64,000 nucleotides of DNA from Basidiobolus meristosporus CBS 931.73. Taxonomy: Eukaryota > Fungi > Basidiobolomycota. Shown piece by piece: positions 13,260 to 25,547 of the stretch. The notes under the pieces are model-generated. The model did not search any database, had not been told where the DNA came from, and saw only the letters and a program-made list of their open reading frames with translations. The DNA lies in the NCBI GenBank assembly GCA_002104905.1, contig MCFE01000153.1, positions 88,523 to 152,522 on the forward strand. The letters are read 5' to 3'. Positions within the stretch are counted from its first letter, which is position 1; every line of letters starts with the position of its first letter. Both the position numbers and the translations under genes were made by a program.

Positions 13260-13632
13260 TGTGAGTACTAAATGCAGTACCCACTCATTGCCCAACAGTT
13301 CTCCCCAGAGTCCTACCAAAAGTCCCCCAGTATCCTCCCAATGATTCCCCCATGCACCCTCCCTCCTATCCTACCCTTATCTAGTTAGAACACTTACCAT
13401 AACAGGAAGGTGTTCACACCCCTATTTTATAACACATTGACTATTATCTAAGCCCCCCCCCAAGTGATATATATATGTACCCAATTGAACCAAGACAGAG
13501 AGATTTTGGTATGGAATAAACACAAGTCTTTATTACCTTGCTACCTTCTATTGGAAGCTATTCTGAACTAAGTGGTACTGACTTGACCTACAAGCTCTCC
13601 CACTCACCAAGTACAGTCAGTAATAACCCACA
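13260..13632 (+). repeat. gypsy 2 3' LTR
   Basis: Direct repeat of 6919-7291. Confidence 0.95.
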
Positions 13633-14658
13633 AAGGTCAGTGTATGGCTTCCTTCACCGTTTCTTAGGTTTACTTAGATAGTTCCTTCTCCCACTGCATC
13701 AAGTGTTCTATTGTCACCCATGAAAACCTTCTTGATTTGAATTTCTTGATATTGGGTTAAAAGTTCTTTTTGTGTGTAAAGTGTTGCAATGCTCCAGAGT
13801 CAATATACCACATCTGAGAATCCTTGTTTGTGGTCAGATTTAGTGCAGATATGAATAGTCTATCCTCAGTTGTTGCAGCATTTCCATATTCAGGCTTTTT
13901 CTGCTGACTATCTTTCTTTTTGAAGCACTGGTCTGATGTGTGTCCTTTCCTTTTGCAGTAGTTGCAAGACAGGTTGCTGTGCCTTTGTAAGGTCTTGGGT
14001 ACCTCCGTTGTTGGTTATCATTGCTTATTAACGCATTTTCTTATTCCTTCTTATTGGTGCTTGATTTTCTTAATTGTTCATCCAGGGGCCTTCAATACAC
14101 AAAATTTAAGGTAAAATCTTCAGTTCTGGACTCTAGGGCTGATACAAGACCCAGCAACTCATCTGTCAGGCTATTCAGGATGGTAACTATCACATCCTCA
14201 TCAGTAGTTGGTATGCCCACAGATTCCATTTCATCTACCATCAGGGTAACTCTGTTAATTAGATTTTTCATTTCTTCTCCTGGCAGCATCTTTGTAGTAA
14301 AGAATTTTTGTCTCAGATACGTTTTCTTAGCAGCTGAACATGACTGGTAGGTGTCTTCTAATGCCTTCCAGGCATTCTTTGCCATTTTTGCTCTTCAGCA
14401 TTGAATTAGCAATTTGTCTTTAACATTAAGGCATATGCAGTTAAAGGCACTTTGTTCTTTCTACTGGTACTTTAAGGCTTCCTCTCCCACATCTTTAGGA
14501 GGGCATTCTTCTCCCATGACAATATCTCAAAGGCCTCCTTCTTGCAGCAGCATTTTCATCTTCACCTTCCACACTTGGTAGTTAGATCCATCCAACTTTT
14601 CAGCAGAGGGAGAAATTCCAGTAATAGCAGTAGTAGATATTGCAGAGAGTGACAGCTT

Positions 14659-14671
14659 GGGGCTCATAACC
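14659..14671 (-). promoter_or_regulatory. copia A PBS, half-tRNA-iMet type
   Basis: GGTTATGAGCCCC immediately after the LTR's CAACA; same type as the Ty5 and Drosophila copia PBS, which pair with the tRNA-iMet anticodon arm. Confidence 0.85.
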
Positions 14672-15020
14672 TGTTGTAAGAGTCTTGGAGATATTGGATG
14701 TGATTGGGTGAACAAGTAGATTATGTGATTTTAACATAATGATTTATTGAATGTAAAAGTAGTATTTATTCCTTTACCTGGTCTTGGCATTACAAACATG
14801 TAGAATATGTTAAGGAAGGTCCCAAGAGCATGTATGCAAAGATTGGGGCTGTTTGGACAACTTTGAGAATTTTCATGTTCTGGGTACCTGGTATTTTGGT
14901 GAAAATATTCCAAGTAAATCCCAACAAGGAATTTGGTCAGTATTCTCTAGGATTTGAAGGTAATGATCTAAGTGACTAAGTTAGGTGAATATTTAGATGG
15001 AATTATGAATTTTTACAACA
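14672..15020 (-). repeat. copia LTR (5' LTR of A)
   Basis: 349 bp, TGTTG...CAACA, PBS adjacent. Confidence 0.9.
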
Positions 15021-18000
15021 GGTGTAACCTGTGGTGGATCTTCAGTCTTCCAAGTTTTGCCCCCAATCAGCATCAGAGTATCCCACAAGATCCTGTTCTG
15101 AATTCCTATAGGTGTATCCTAAGCAGATATCAGCAGTTCCTTCTAGGTATCCAAAAATTCTCTTAATTGCTGCAATATGATCTTATCCATAGTTCTGAAT
15201 ATGCTGACTGACAACTCCCACTGAATATGAGATATCTGAACATTTTCTAAGCATGCTATACATCAGACTGCCAGCCATAGATTAATAAGGAAAGTCAGGG
15301 CTTTCAGATGGCACAAAGCTCTCTTGATTTGGTAGAGTTTTGACCAAGTTGAGATTTTTCTCCATTGGGGTAGTGGCCAGTTTACAGTCTTCCATTTGGT
15401 ACTTCTTTAGTATATCTTGAATATACTTGGATTGGCTTAGGGTGATAGTCTGGGTACTTCTGTCTATGGAGAACTTTATCCCTAAGTATTAACTGAGATT
15501 TCCTAGATTGGACATCTTGAACTCCTTAGATAGGCTGGATTTAGTCTCTTCCAATGTTTCCAAGTTATTGGTGGCTATAGTAAGATCATCCACATATAGA
15601 GCTAATAGAGCTGGATTTGCTAAATCTGGCCTATAGTATATACTATAGTCAGCATTACTCCTTTGAGGCTCAAGTATTTCAAATAAGAATCTATGATGCA
15701 ATTCAAGGCTCTTTGTGATTGTTTGAGTCTATATTCAAAAATGCAGTTTTTGCATCCATTTGATGAATAAAAAACTTATATTTGGCAGCAATAGCCAATA
15801 TTAATCTGATGGAGCTACACTTAGCTACCAGTGCAAAGGTCTCAGTATGGTCAAGTCCTTTTGTTTGCAAGTATCCTTTGGCCACAAGTCTTGCTTTGTA
15901 TCTTTCAATTGTATCATCAGCCTTGTATTTTGTCTTAAAGACCCATCTGCATCCAATTGATTTTCAGTTGATTGGTAATTTGAACCAAGTCCCAAGTTTG
16001 CTTTGCCATTAGGGCCAGATATTCCTCAGTCATTGTAGATATCCAAAACCTTGCTGGAGGGCTATTTAGGGCTTCTTTTACAGTCTGGGGCTCAACATTA
16101 TGGACTGAATAGGCATAGGCTAAGTTTCTACCCTCATTGATGTAGTTATTTAGGCTATTTCTTGTCTGGTGGGACCTCTGAGCATTTGATTATGAAATGG
16201 TCACTACTGGGATATTTCTGGGCACTGATTTAGGCTTAACAACAATTGAAAAGTCCCCTGGAGTGACAAAACTCTCATTGTTTTGCTCTGATTCATTCCT
16301 GACAATTGGTAGACTTGAGAGTAGATTTTTGTCATCATCTGATGTCATTTTTTGTGAAAACTTGGAATATTCATCAAATAACACATCCATGGACTTTATC
16401 AGCTTCTTTGCTTTGGCATTATAGAGTCTGTATGCTTTACTCTCATTGCAGTAGCCTAAGAATATGCATTTTACACTTTTTGGCTGAAATCTTGACTGAT
16501 TTCCAGGCAGTCCTTGGCATATGCTGTACACCCAAATATTCTTAGATGCTCTGCACTTGCTCTGTATCCTTACCATGCTGCAAATGGAGTAGAGTCACAT
16601 AGTATACTGCTAGAATTCCTATTTTTAAGATATACAGCTGTGGCAGCTGATTATGCCCAAAAATTGTAGGATAATTTTTGATCATGGATCATAGATCTTG
16701 CCATATCAATTATTGATCTGTTTGCACATTCTGCTACTCTATTTTGCTGTGGGGAGTATGGTACAGTAGTCTCTTGCTTTATCCTATGAATTTTGCAGAA
16801 GTGGAAGAAGAGTTTTGAGGTATATTCTCCACCATTGTGAGGGTGTGTTTTCTTGATTATTTCACCAGTTTTTCTCTCCACCATGGCTTTAAGCTCTCTG
16901 AGCTTAGACAGAGCTTCTTCCTTTCTCTCCATGAGTTAGACCCATGTGCATCTTGTATAATCATCAATAAAAGAGACTAAATACTTCATCCTGCTTGAGG
17001 ATAATTTTGCATTGGTCCACACAGATCTGAGTAAATTAGTTCTATTTTTTTCTTAATTTTGATTAACCCAGAGCTCTTGGATGGTTGTCTGGCTTGTTTC
17101 CCATATATGCAGGCTTCAAAGTGCACCAAATTAGCTGAGGGATCAACTTTTATTCTGGAAATTAGCTGATATTTGATCATTGTGCAAACATTATCAAAAT
17201 TGATGTGTCCCAATCTCCTGTGCCAAAGCATTGGTGATTCTGCATTCAAGTTATTTATATTGGCTTCTGGATATGATGGAATACAAGTCAACTTATACAT
17301 ATTCTTATTTCTGATACGCAAAGCAATATGAGCACCATTTTGATCAGTGATCTTGCATCCAGAATTGTCAAAGCTGAAACTGAGTCCTTCTGTTGTGGCC
17401 TTGCTTACAGATAGTAGGTTCTTGGCTATTTCTGATACATAGAGCACTTCTTTGAAGGCCAGTGTATGGCTTCCTTTACTGCTTCTAAGGTTTACCTGGA
17501 GAGTTCCTTCTCCCACTGCATCAAGTGTTCTATTGTCACCCATGAAAGTCTTTTTAATTGGAATTTCTGGATATTTGGTAAAAAGCTCTTTTTGGTGTGT
17601 AAAGTGTTGAGATGCTCTAGAGTCAATATACCACATATAAGAATCCTTATCTGTGGTCATATTTAGTGCAGATATGAGTAGTCTACCTTCAGCTGTGGCA
17701 GCATTTCTATATTCAGGCTTTTTCTGCTGACTATCTCTCTTTTTCAAGCACTGGTCTCATGTATGTCCTTTCATTTTGCAGTAGTTGCAAAACAGGTTGC
17801 TATTGCCTTTAGAAGGTCTTGAGCATCTTCTTTGTTGGCTATCATTACTTATTGAAGCATTTTCTTCTTTCTTCTTATAGGCTCTTGACTTTCTTAATTC
17901 TTCATCCAGAAGCCTACCATATATGTAATTTAAGGTCAAATCTTTAGTTCTAGACTCTAGGGCTGATACAAGGCCCTGAAACTTGTCTGTCAGGCTATTC

Positions 18001-18481
18001 AGGATAGTCACTATCACATCCTCACCAGCAGTTGGTACACCCACAGATTCCATCTCATCCTCCAGCAGGGTGATTCTGATAGTTAGATTTTTCATTTCTT
18101 CTTCTGGCAGCATCTTTGTAGTAAGGAATTTTTGTCTAAGATACATTTTCTTGGTAGCTGAAAATGACTGGTGGGTGTCTTCTAATGCCTTTCAGGCACT
18201 CTTTGCTGTTTTTGCTCTTGAGCACTGAATTAGCAATTTGACTTTAACATTAAGGCAAATGCAGTTAGAGGTACTGTGTTCTTTCTTCCGGTACTATAAG
18301 GATTCCTCTCCCACATTTTTAGGAGGGCATTATTCACTCATGACAATATCCCAAAGGCCTCTTTCTTGTAGCAGCATCTCCATCTTCACCTTCACACTTA
18401 ATAGTTAGATCCATCCAACTTTTCAGCAGAGGGAAAAATTCCAGTAATAGCAGTAGTAGACATTGCACAGAGTGACAGCTT

Positions 18482-18494
18482 GGGGCTCATAACC
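18482..18494 (-). promoter_or_regulatory. copia B PBS, half-tRNA-iMet type
   Basis: Identical GGTTATGAGCCCC next to the LTR. Confidence 0.85.
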
Positions 18495-18841
18495 TGTTGT
18501 AAGAGTCTTGGAGATATTGGAAGTGATTGGGTGAGCAAGTAGATTATGTGGTTTTCACTAAATCATTTATTGAATGGAAAAGTAATATTTATACTTTTAC
18601 ATGGTATTGTCATAAACCATGTAAAATAGGTTTAGAAAGGTCCCAAGAACATGCGTGCAAAGTTTGGGGCTGTTTGAACAATGTTGAGAATTTTCATAAT
18701 CTGGGTAACTGATATTTTGATGAAAATACTCCGAGTAAATCCCAACAAGGATTTTGGTCGGTATTCTCTGAGATTTGAAGGTAATGATCAAAGTGACTAA
18801 GCTAGGTGAATACTTAGGTGGAATTACAAATGTTTACAACA
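18495..18841 (-). repeat. copia LTR (5' LTR of B)
   Basis: TGTTG...CAACA; homologous to the other copia LTRs. Confidence 0.9.
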
Positions 18842-19211
18842 GTAAATGACAAAACCTTGACTTGCCCAAATGTGGGTCAATTTTGCTCAAATGAGATGCA
18901 TTGGATAGCTCAGAGGCTATATATCACTACTACAATCTGACAATCAGACCCAGCTCATTAGTCAAGCCTGTACAACTGATTAAAGTCAATGATTAGTATT
19001 ACATCAGATGAATCAGATTTTTAGGCATACAATTAAGTAGATATGCACATTGAATTACAAGTTACTTCTTCAATTAAGTTAAACACAAATGTATACACTA
19101 TTGGACAATACATTAATCTGGTATGCAACACATTTAAATTTTATATGCTTATTCCACATTGCACACTCTCACTATGTATTTATTACCCATGAATATTTTG
19201 TTAAGTGGGAG

Positions 19212-19564
19212 TGTTGCAATTAGTAAGTTGTCACCTAGATATTCATGCTAACTTAGTCACATAGATCTTACTCTTTGATTAGCACTCTGTCCTGACCAAA
19301 TTTCTTGTTGGGGTTTACTTGGAATTTTTTTCACCAAATTATCAAGTACCCAGATTATGATCTTTCTCAAAGTGGTCCAAAAGCCCCCAAACCTTGCACA
19401 CATATTCTTGAGACCTACCTTAACAAACTCTACATGTTTGTTTGCTCTACTTTATCAAAAGCATAAATACCATACTTTTGATAATCAATAAATCTTCAAG
19501 TGAATAACATGTAAATCCTCTAGTGCTCCACATCACTTCCAATACTCCTCAGAATATTGCAACA
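19212..19564 (+). repeat. Diverged copia LTR, opposite orientation
   Basis: GTGGGAG (PPT) then TGTTG...CAACA; reverse-complement homology to the LTR family. Confidence 0.7.
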
Positions 19565-19939
19565 GTTTTCCCTTAATAAGCTTGGGGCTTTATTCCCCTT
19601 CACACTAGAGTGGGGACAAAACCCACGCATTCCTAGTAAGCTTTTGCCAGTGGCTATAGATCCTAGTGAAAACCCCACACAAAAACACTTGAAATGAGTC
19701 AATCATATTTCTCCTAAAGACCAATATGCTGCAGATATTGTAACTACCACAAGGAAAAGAAATTATGAAAAGGCCAGCCAAATACCATTGTAATATCAGC
19801 TGAGCTCCAAGCTTCTCAAAACCAGCAATTCTTGGTATCTCAGGTACTAGCTGTTGGGCAGAGAAGCAGGCATATTTTCCAAGAGAAGACTGTTACCAAA
19901 AGATCAGGTATCTGCCACACAAGGAATACCAGAGTTGTC

Positions 19940-20112
19940 CAAAGGCCTCCAGACTTTGCACACATGCACTTGGAGCCATGCTTCACATACTAAGCTTGTT
20001 TGGACTGCCAAGACCATGTAATAGTACACATACCGCTTTTACACAAAATAAGTGATTGGGTGAAAACCACATGATCTACTTGTTCTCCCAATATCTCCGA
20101 AACTCTTACAGC
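19940..20112 (+). repeat. copia LTR fragment, opposite orientation
   Basis: ..gaaaaccacatgatctacttgttctcccaatatctccgaaactcttacagca is the reverse complement of the LTR end. The left boundary is approximate. Confidence 0.6.
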
Positions 20113-20654
20113 ACCTAACAAACCTAAAGAGGCGAAGTTGAGCGGTCTATCATACGGAACTTGGTGGTGTTGGCAAATACAATTGAGTGATGTTCATGAT
20201 ACACCTCTCCCCCCCCCGCCGCCATAGTCTACACCATCAGGAGGTTGGCGATGGCGAGGTGATTACCGGTGCCGGGAATGGACATCTCCGCCAAGTTTGA
20301 TTGAGGGCTTCGTACTAGGGTACAACCAACCAGGCGATGCCCGGTGGCTGCGCCCAGTGGCCCATGACTAGCCGGGGATCAGGAAGAAGGTCGCAATGAA
20401 CCGCTCGTGCACAGTACCATCGGAACGGTGGATGCGGAGTGGATGGGCCGAAATTGGGTACCTGAATTTCCAGGAGGTTCCTACCCCATTGCGCCATTCG
20501 ATCTGGATGAGAATTAGCGAACTTTTTTCGAGAACCATCTGAAGTTGAAGGGTGGGGGGGAGTTGGATGGGATGATGTCACCCGATCGAGTGGGGGTGGC
20601 CGGGGGATATATCTACTGGTTGGTGGATCGAGGAAACGGGCGATATTTTTCAAC

Positions 20655-21518
20655 ATGAGTTCACCTTCGACCAACATGGACCTCCCGAAACCCGGCGCGC
20701 TGAAGGGGGAGGCCACCGCGGCCGGTGGGGAGGAGAAAGCCCCGGTGAAAGAGATGCAGCCCTCGGGTCCAAGCTGGTTGCGGGACGTATACCTTCGACC
20801 GGTACCCAAGATCGTGTTGGTTTACCTGGGCACGGCCTTGGTCGGGAGTCTGCTGCACCCGCTATTTCACCCCACCGAAACCTACTTCGCCGACAAGAGG
20901 AACGGGCTCAACCAGGTTTTCGTGAAGTATGGCTGGGGTTGGACCTCGGCCCTTTACCTTCTCTTCGTGACGTTCGTGTTTGCGAGGGGCGAACCGCAGA
21001 AGGCCGCCCCGTTCTGGACCCGTTGGTTCTTGGCCACCTCGTACTGGTACGTGTTGACGCAGTGGTTTTTGGGCCCCTCCGTGTCCGACCGAGTCTTCAC
21101 CCTCTCCGGAGGGGCGTGCACCGTGCCCGAGGTTTATGACTCGTTCACCTGTAAGCGGTTGGGAGGAGTGTGGGCTGGCGGGCACGACAGCTCGGGTCAC
21201 TGCATGCTTCTCATCCATGCGTCGCTGTTTCTGTGGGAGGAACTGCGAGCGGGCTGGTTCGACGCCAATTGGGACAAGCGGGTTAAAAGCAAGCCGACGT
21301 TCGTGGTGCTTCGTCTCGCGGTGCTAGGGCTGTTCGTGCTCTGGTGGTGGATGCTCCTCATGACGAACCTGTTTTTCCACAGCCTCCCCGAAAAGATAAG
21401 CGGGGTGACTCTGGGGGTGGCTTACTGGTACCTCGGCTACGGGTATCTCTTCCCGACGACCGCTTTCCCCGGTATCCCCCAGGCCAACCTGCACACGTTG
21501 GATGGGGAGAGCTGCTGA
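20655..21518 (+). CDS. SCS3: FIT family protein (fat-storage-inducing transmembrane protein / acyl-CoA diphosphatase)
   Basis: 287 aa, multiple TM segments, NQVFVKYGWGWT, GGHDSSGHCMLLIHASLFLWEE and TNLFFHSLPEK motifs typical of Scs3/FIT2. Confidence 0.88.
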   Translation: MSSPSTNMDLPKPGALKGEATAAGGEEKAPVKEMQPSGPSWLRDVYLRPVPKIVLVYLGTALVGSLLHPLFHPTETYFADKRNGLNQVFVKYGWGWTSALYLLFVTFVFARGEPQKAAPFWTRWFLATSYWYVLTQWFLGPSVSDRVFTLSGGACTVPEVYDSFTCKRLGGVWAGGHDSSGHCMLLIHASLFLWEELRAGWFDANWDKRVKSKPTFVVLRLAVLGLFVLWWWMLLMTNLFFHSLPEKISGVTLGVAYWYLGYGYLFPTTAFPGIPQANLHTLDGESC

Positions 21519-22039
21519 CCCAGCTCACTTCAGCCCTACATTGGAAGTCAGCCTGCATAGAGATCGCATCCCTAGAATTTGATCCACCCGAGGGTGGGGA
21601 TCGTTTTTGTCCACCACCACCGATACCAGAGGTGGCTCGTACTTCGTATCCATTAATATACCTTTCCCTATTTCCCTATACATCCCACCCCCCCCACTCA
21701 CCCCCTCCAAGCAACATAATAAATTCATTCGGGTTCGGCCATTCTTTACACACCATTTGAAAGGGGTGCGGAGGGGATTCCAAGGAAACAACTTTATTTG
21801 AATAGCTTCGTCTTGATGGGCTTGGCGACATCATCTATCCACCATGCTCGCGAGGAGAATGGTGGTCGAAGGGCGATAGATATAGTAAACGGTGCTGGGT
21901 ACGATGAGAGCTGGGTAGGAACGCGAGGGGGGATTCGTAGGGGGTGGGATTAAATACTTACGGGCCACTTGATGTCTCAGTGATTAAAGGGATTCAGACG
22001 TTGGCCGACTCGGGGAAGCGAGTGGTTGGGCGAGGAGGT

Positions 22040-23729
22040 TTACTCGGTTTTCTTGGGGTGTTTGATCCGAAGGCACCAGATATCAAAGAACGCGCAAACA
22101 TCGGCGATCACCGCCAGTGCGAAATGGGCATAGGCGGCGATGGAGTAAACGAGGGCCACAATGATGTATGCGAATTCGTATTTCAGTGGGAGGATCGGCT
22201 CTCTGGAGAGGTGAGCGGGTGGGTTAGCAAGGTGATGGAGAGCACGGGGGATACGGCCACACCGTTACCTGTTGAAGTAGGCTGGCAGAGAGGCGTTGAG
22301 AGCTCCCAAGATCAATGGGATGAAGATACGATGGAAGTAGGGGAAGGGTGCCTTGGTCACATGGGCGAGGATCATTCGGCCAACCATATAACCAAAGGAG
22401 CAACCACAATAGATCATGAAGGGAGTCAAGTGCTCAGTAACGATGCTTGGGGAGGCATTGAGCCACGCGTACACCAATCCCACGCTTCCAGCAAATGGAA
22501 GAAGGCCAAGCAGGGCTTTGGCTGGAGACTGGTTATTCTTCTTGGAGGTCTTGATGACGGTCACGATACTAAAGACGGAGGAGCGGTCAGTAGATGGTCC
22601 ACCGATCGATCCAAGTGGTCAGCGGGTCAATCCCTACCTGCTAAGAACATTCGCGCCCAGTACGACCAGAGATAGTAGGTTGAAAGCCTGATTCGTGGGG
22701 AAATCGGGGATCCAAGTGAGCGAGCCAGGGGCAAGGCCAAGAAGTTGACGGAGGGAGCGCTTCCAGAAGGAGGAGCCGCCTTCTATTTGGTGTATCCACC
22801 ATTAGACCGGCGCTCTCGAATCAGCACAAGGGCAAAACTTACCAACGAAGCCGGTCAGTCCAAACAGCCCCACTAGCAATACAATCCCTTCGACCGGGCC
22901 GCTGAAATAGCCCAGATAGAGCGTTCCTGTGTGGTACTCTTCCCAAGTGGAGAGGTAGAAATTGCTGGTTGCTGCGTAAGGTGGGTTAGCAAGGGGAGGG
23001 AAGGGACCAGCATCCATGCGGCATCGACCTACCAGCGAGAAACGAGACCAGCGTCCACCATGATTGGCCAACGCCGAGTACAGACGAGCAGATGACAGTT
23101 CCAAACTACAGACAGAATGCGTTAGTTCTCGACAAATAGCGAGCGAGCGGGCATCCACCGATCGTCCATACCGCAGTATTCAGAGCGTCACATCCTGGAG
23201 AAAGGGACAGTCAGTAGGTGTCGATGAACAAGCTAGACCGATTCATAAAAATAACTACCGTGGTCGAACATCTCGCCCAATGGGCCAGAGGTGCCGGTCC
23301 GACGTGCCTGCTTCCCATCGATGGCGTCGAGAGACGCGTAAACCCACAGGCCCACGGCATAACTAGGGGCAAGTTAGAAAGGCTTCGTCGGGGGGGGGGG
23401 AGGGGTACAAGCACAAGCCCTACCTGACGTACACCCAACCAGGCACCGGTTCGCTCAACGTGGGATCCAGTATGATGACAGTAAAGAAATTCACCACAAC
23501 GCACAGAAAGCCAATCAGGGTGATGAGATTTGGCCTAGAGAATGCAGGTTGGATGAGGGCTCGCGGAAGAAAGATGGCTGCTTATCACTTACGCCATCCA
23601 CAGAGGGAAAAGCTTCACCAGCGCGCTCCAGTAGTGCTGCAAGACATATTTCGACAAGAGGGACTTGTCCACCCCGCTGTACTTGTATTTCGACAGGTTG
23701 CTCAGATACTTCTGCTGTATGTAGGTCAT
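22040..23729 (-). CDS. Choline/ethanolamine phosphotransferase (CDP-alcohol phosphatidyltransferase, CPT1/EPT1 type), multi-exon
   Basis: N-terminal [20 protein letters not shown]; signature [25 protein letters not shown] at about 23245-23320; C-terminal [14 protein letters not shown]; GT-AG introns. CPT1 and EPT1 cannot be told apart by eye. Confidence 0.9.
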
Positions 23730-24562
23730 TTCAGGGGCACCAAGGGATTCTTGTGTGGGTTAATAAAACGTTTATGTTAGGTTAGTGGGGTTTTAGTGTG
23801 GGTGTGGCTAGGCAAGCGTGCGCAGCGGGATGTCTGAGCCAGCCGGCCTTAAAAGCAGAACCTCAGCCTCCCCTTGAGGTGAGTTTTCGTTGCCGTAAGG
23901 GGCAAAGAATGGCCAAAATTGCACCTGAAGGCCAGCACCCAATCAGGGCCCCAGGCTGAGGAGCGCGTGATACAATTAGATCATTCATTGTTCCAAGAAA
24001 GGAGTCATCTCATCAAGCACTCAACGTCTCCACTCCACTGAGCACCCAAAATGAAGTTGATCTTGGGATATTGCAAATTAATTTCGGACAGCCGATTGAC
24101 GTAGCATTTCCGAATGGTAACCGGCGATTCCATACAAGGAGAATTTCTGTACGCTGATGGAAATGATATCAAATGACTGCATGGACGGCAAGATTACTGG
24201 CATGCTGGCATGCTCCACCCCAATTCACCGGGATCATGCATGTGCTTCAACCAAAGGTGCATCCTCACCCAGATGCAACCCAAATCCACCGCCGAGCAGG
24301 CCTGAAGAAGCGGGCTTCTTATCCCGCGGCGGTGCTCAGCCGGTGAGATTGGCTGTTCCGCCGCAACCGACCAGCACGATCGTGGTGGATGCGTCGAGGG
24401 TCCATTGACTATCATTTATTTATTTGTATATTAGCGTGGACTGAACGGCAGAGATGAGTAAGGATAAGGTGGATTGAGCGGTATCACGGTTGTATTTACA
24501 CTAGCGAGCCATAGCCGACGAGTAAGCCGCGGGGTTAGACCCATGTGGGACTCGAGGAGTAG

Positions 24563-25547
24563 CTAAATATGCAGTGCATTCATCGCCTCCCAGTCTTCGG
24601 CTGCGTTGGTGCCGTTTTTAGGGGAGGGGAGGGGGTCCATTTTCTCCAGCTCGCGGCATATCAGCGTATGTACAACCAAGTCCAGATCTCGGTTGATCAC
24701 GGCAAGGATTTTCTACAATGAAGCTTGGTTACTGCTGGATGCTACGTGCGGTCGCTGTCGCTGTCGCATTCGTTACCTTGAACTTCGTATCTATCTTGGA
24801 AACGACTTCCGCCAACGGGGATCTGTAAAACTCCGGAATCCCCTCCATCAGCTTCGTATAAACAACCACCATGATGTCGCAGAATGTGTGCAGGATCTGT
24901 AGGTAGTCGGGCTCGAAGGGCTAGAGGGAGCCACCCGGTTAACTCTTGACAGGCCAGCCGAGGAGGAACTTCACAGTGGCTTACCGTGGTTCTAACGTCG
25001 AGGTGGATATATTCACCCGTCTCCTGAAAGTTCGTGTTGAAAAACACCTGCTCCCCGGTGAACTTCGATTTCCGGAAAAAATTGCGCTAGAGGAAAGGAA
25101 AGGTCAGCCTAGTTGGGAGGGTTCGGCACGCCGCCGGGGCTAGAAACCTTTTTTGTTTTGCTCCCGTCGCTGACGAAGTGCTCGTACTCGTGTATTATTT
25201 GATGGAGCGCTTTGACGTAATCAGGAGTGGTTGTGATTTCAAGTATGGGCCCGAGGCTGGTGCCTAATATGAAGATCTTTTGGGACCTAGAGGGTGTACG
25301 TTTGGTGAGGTCCTTTGGTGGCTGTAGAATGCGACGGACAACACAGGTGTGGGTACCTCTTTCGAAGCCTTTTGTTGTTGTAGAAGCGACTGAGATCTTC
25401 CTCGGAGAGCAGGATAGTGTTGAAGTAGTGGGCCCCGCCGTTGTGAACCCTTTGCAGGTATGCGAACGTGGAGATTCGCTTGTGGATGAGATCTCTCAAA
25501 GCCTCGAGAGTGCTGGTTTCTTTTGGTGAAGAGGGCGAGGAATCCAT
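24563..25547 (-). CDS. Conserved fungal hypothetical protein, multi-exon
   Basis: Spliceable exons: ..LRDLIHKRISTFAYLQRVHNGGAHYFNTILL.., ..NFFILGTSLGPILE.., ..PFEPDYLQILHTFCDIMVVVYTKL.., ending ..MNALHI*. It resembles an uncharacterised fungal family, recalled from memory and not searched. Confidence 0.65.

Larger units (their letters stand above)
6919..13632 (+). mobile_element. Full-length Ty3/gypsy retrotransposon 2 (decayed) with an extra 3' ORF
   Basis: 373-bp LTRs 6919-7291 and 13260-13632 (about 7 mismatches by eye); perfect 5-bp TSD AAGGT (6914-6918 and 13633-13637); TGG-starting PBS-like sequence at 7296; domain order gag-PR-RT-RH-IN. Confidence 0.95.
1223..15020 (-). mobile_element. 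Ty1/copia retrotransposon 'A' inserted into element B
   Basis: Equal-length LTRs 1223-1571 and 14672-15020 (349 bp each). The flanks rejoin host RNase H sequence (aaagaaa|ggtgt). TSD is AATGT (1218-1222) versus GGTGT (15021-15025), two G>A changes. Internal gag 14000-14715, integrase 5885-6978, RT 4938-5700 and 2031-2317, RNase H 1605-1922, all with stops or frameshifts. Confidence 0.85.
437..18841 (-). mobile_element. Ty1/copia retrotransposon 'B' (decayed; host of the nest)
   Basis: 5' LTR 18495-18841 with adjacent PBS; gag 17757-18480; protease/GAG-pre-integrase 16986-17747; integrase 16190-16932; RT 15021-15900; RNase H resumes at 807-1222; PPT (GGGAG on minus) next to a 3' LTR ending at 806. 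The left LTR boundary is approximate. Confidence 0.75.

Noticed and set aside
1-20112. RIP as the cause of TE decay
   Set aside because: The elements remain rich in CpA/TpG and lack CpG, which fits CpG deamination rather than the CpA>TpA signature of RIP. Indices were not computed.
21944-22675. 243-aa plus-strand ORF, and similar long antisense ORFs (20315-20809, 33041-33460, 33877-34257, 57153-57590)
   Set aside because: Most are shadow frames opposite well-supported genes or RT, and 20315-20809 mainly overlaps the FIT upstream region. None has its own motifs.
20655-23729. Lipid-metabolism gene cluster (FIT plus CPT1/EPT1)
   Set aside because: Two adjacent convergent housekeeping genes are not evidence of a cluster without synteny or co-expression data.
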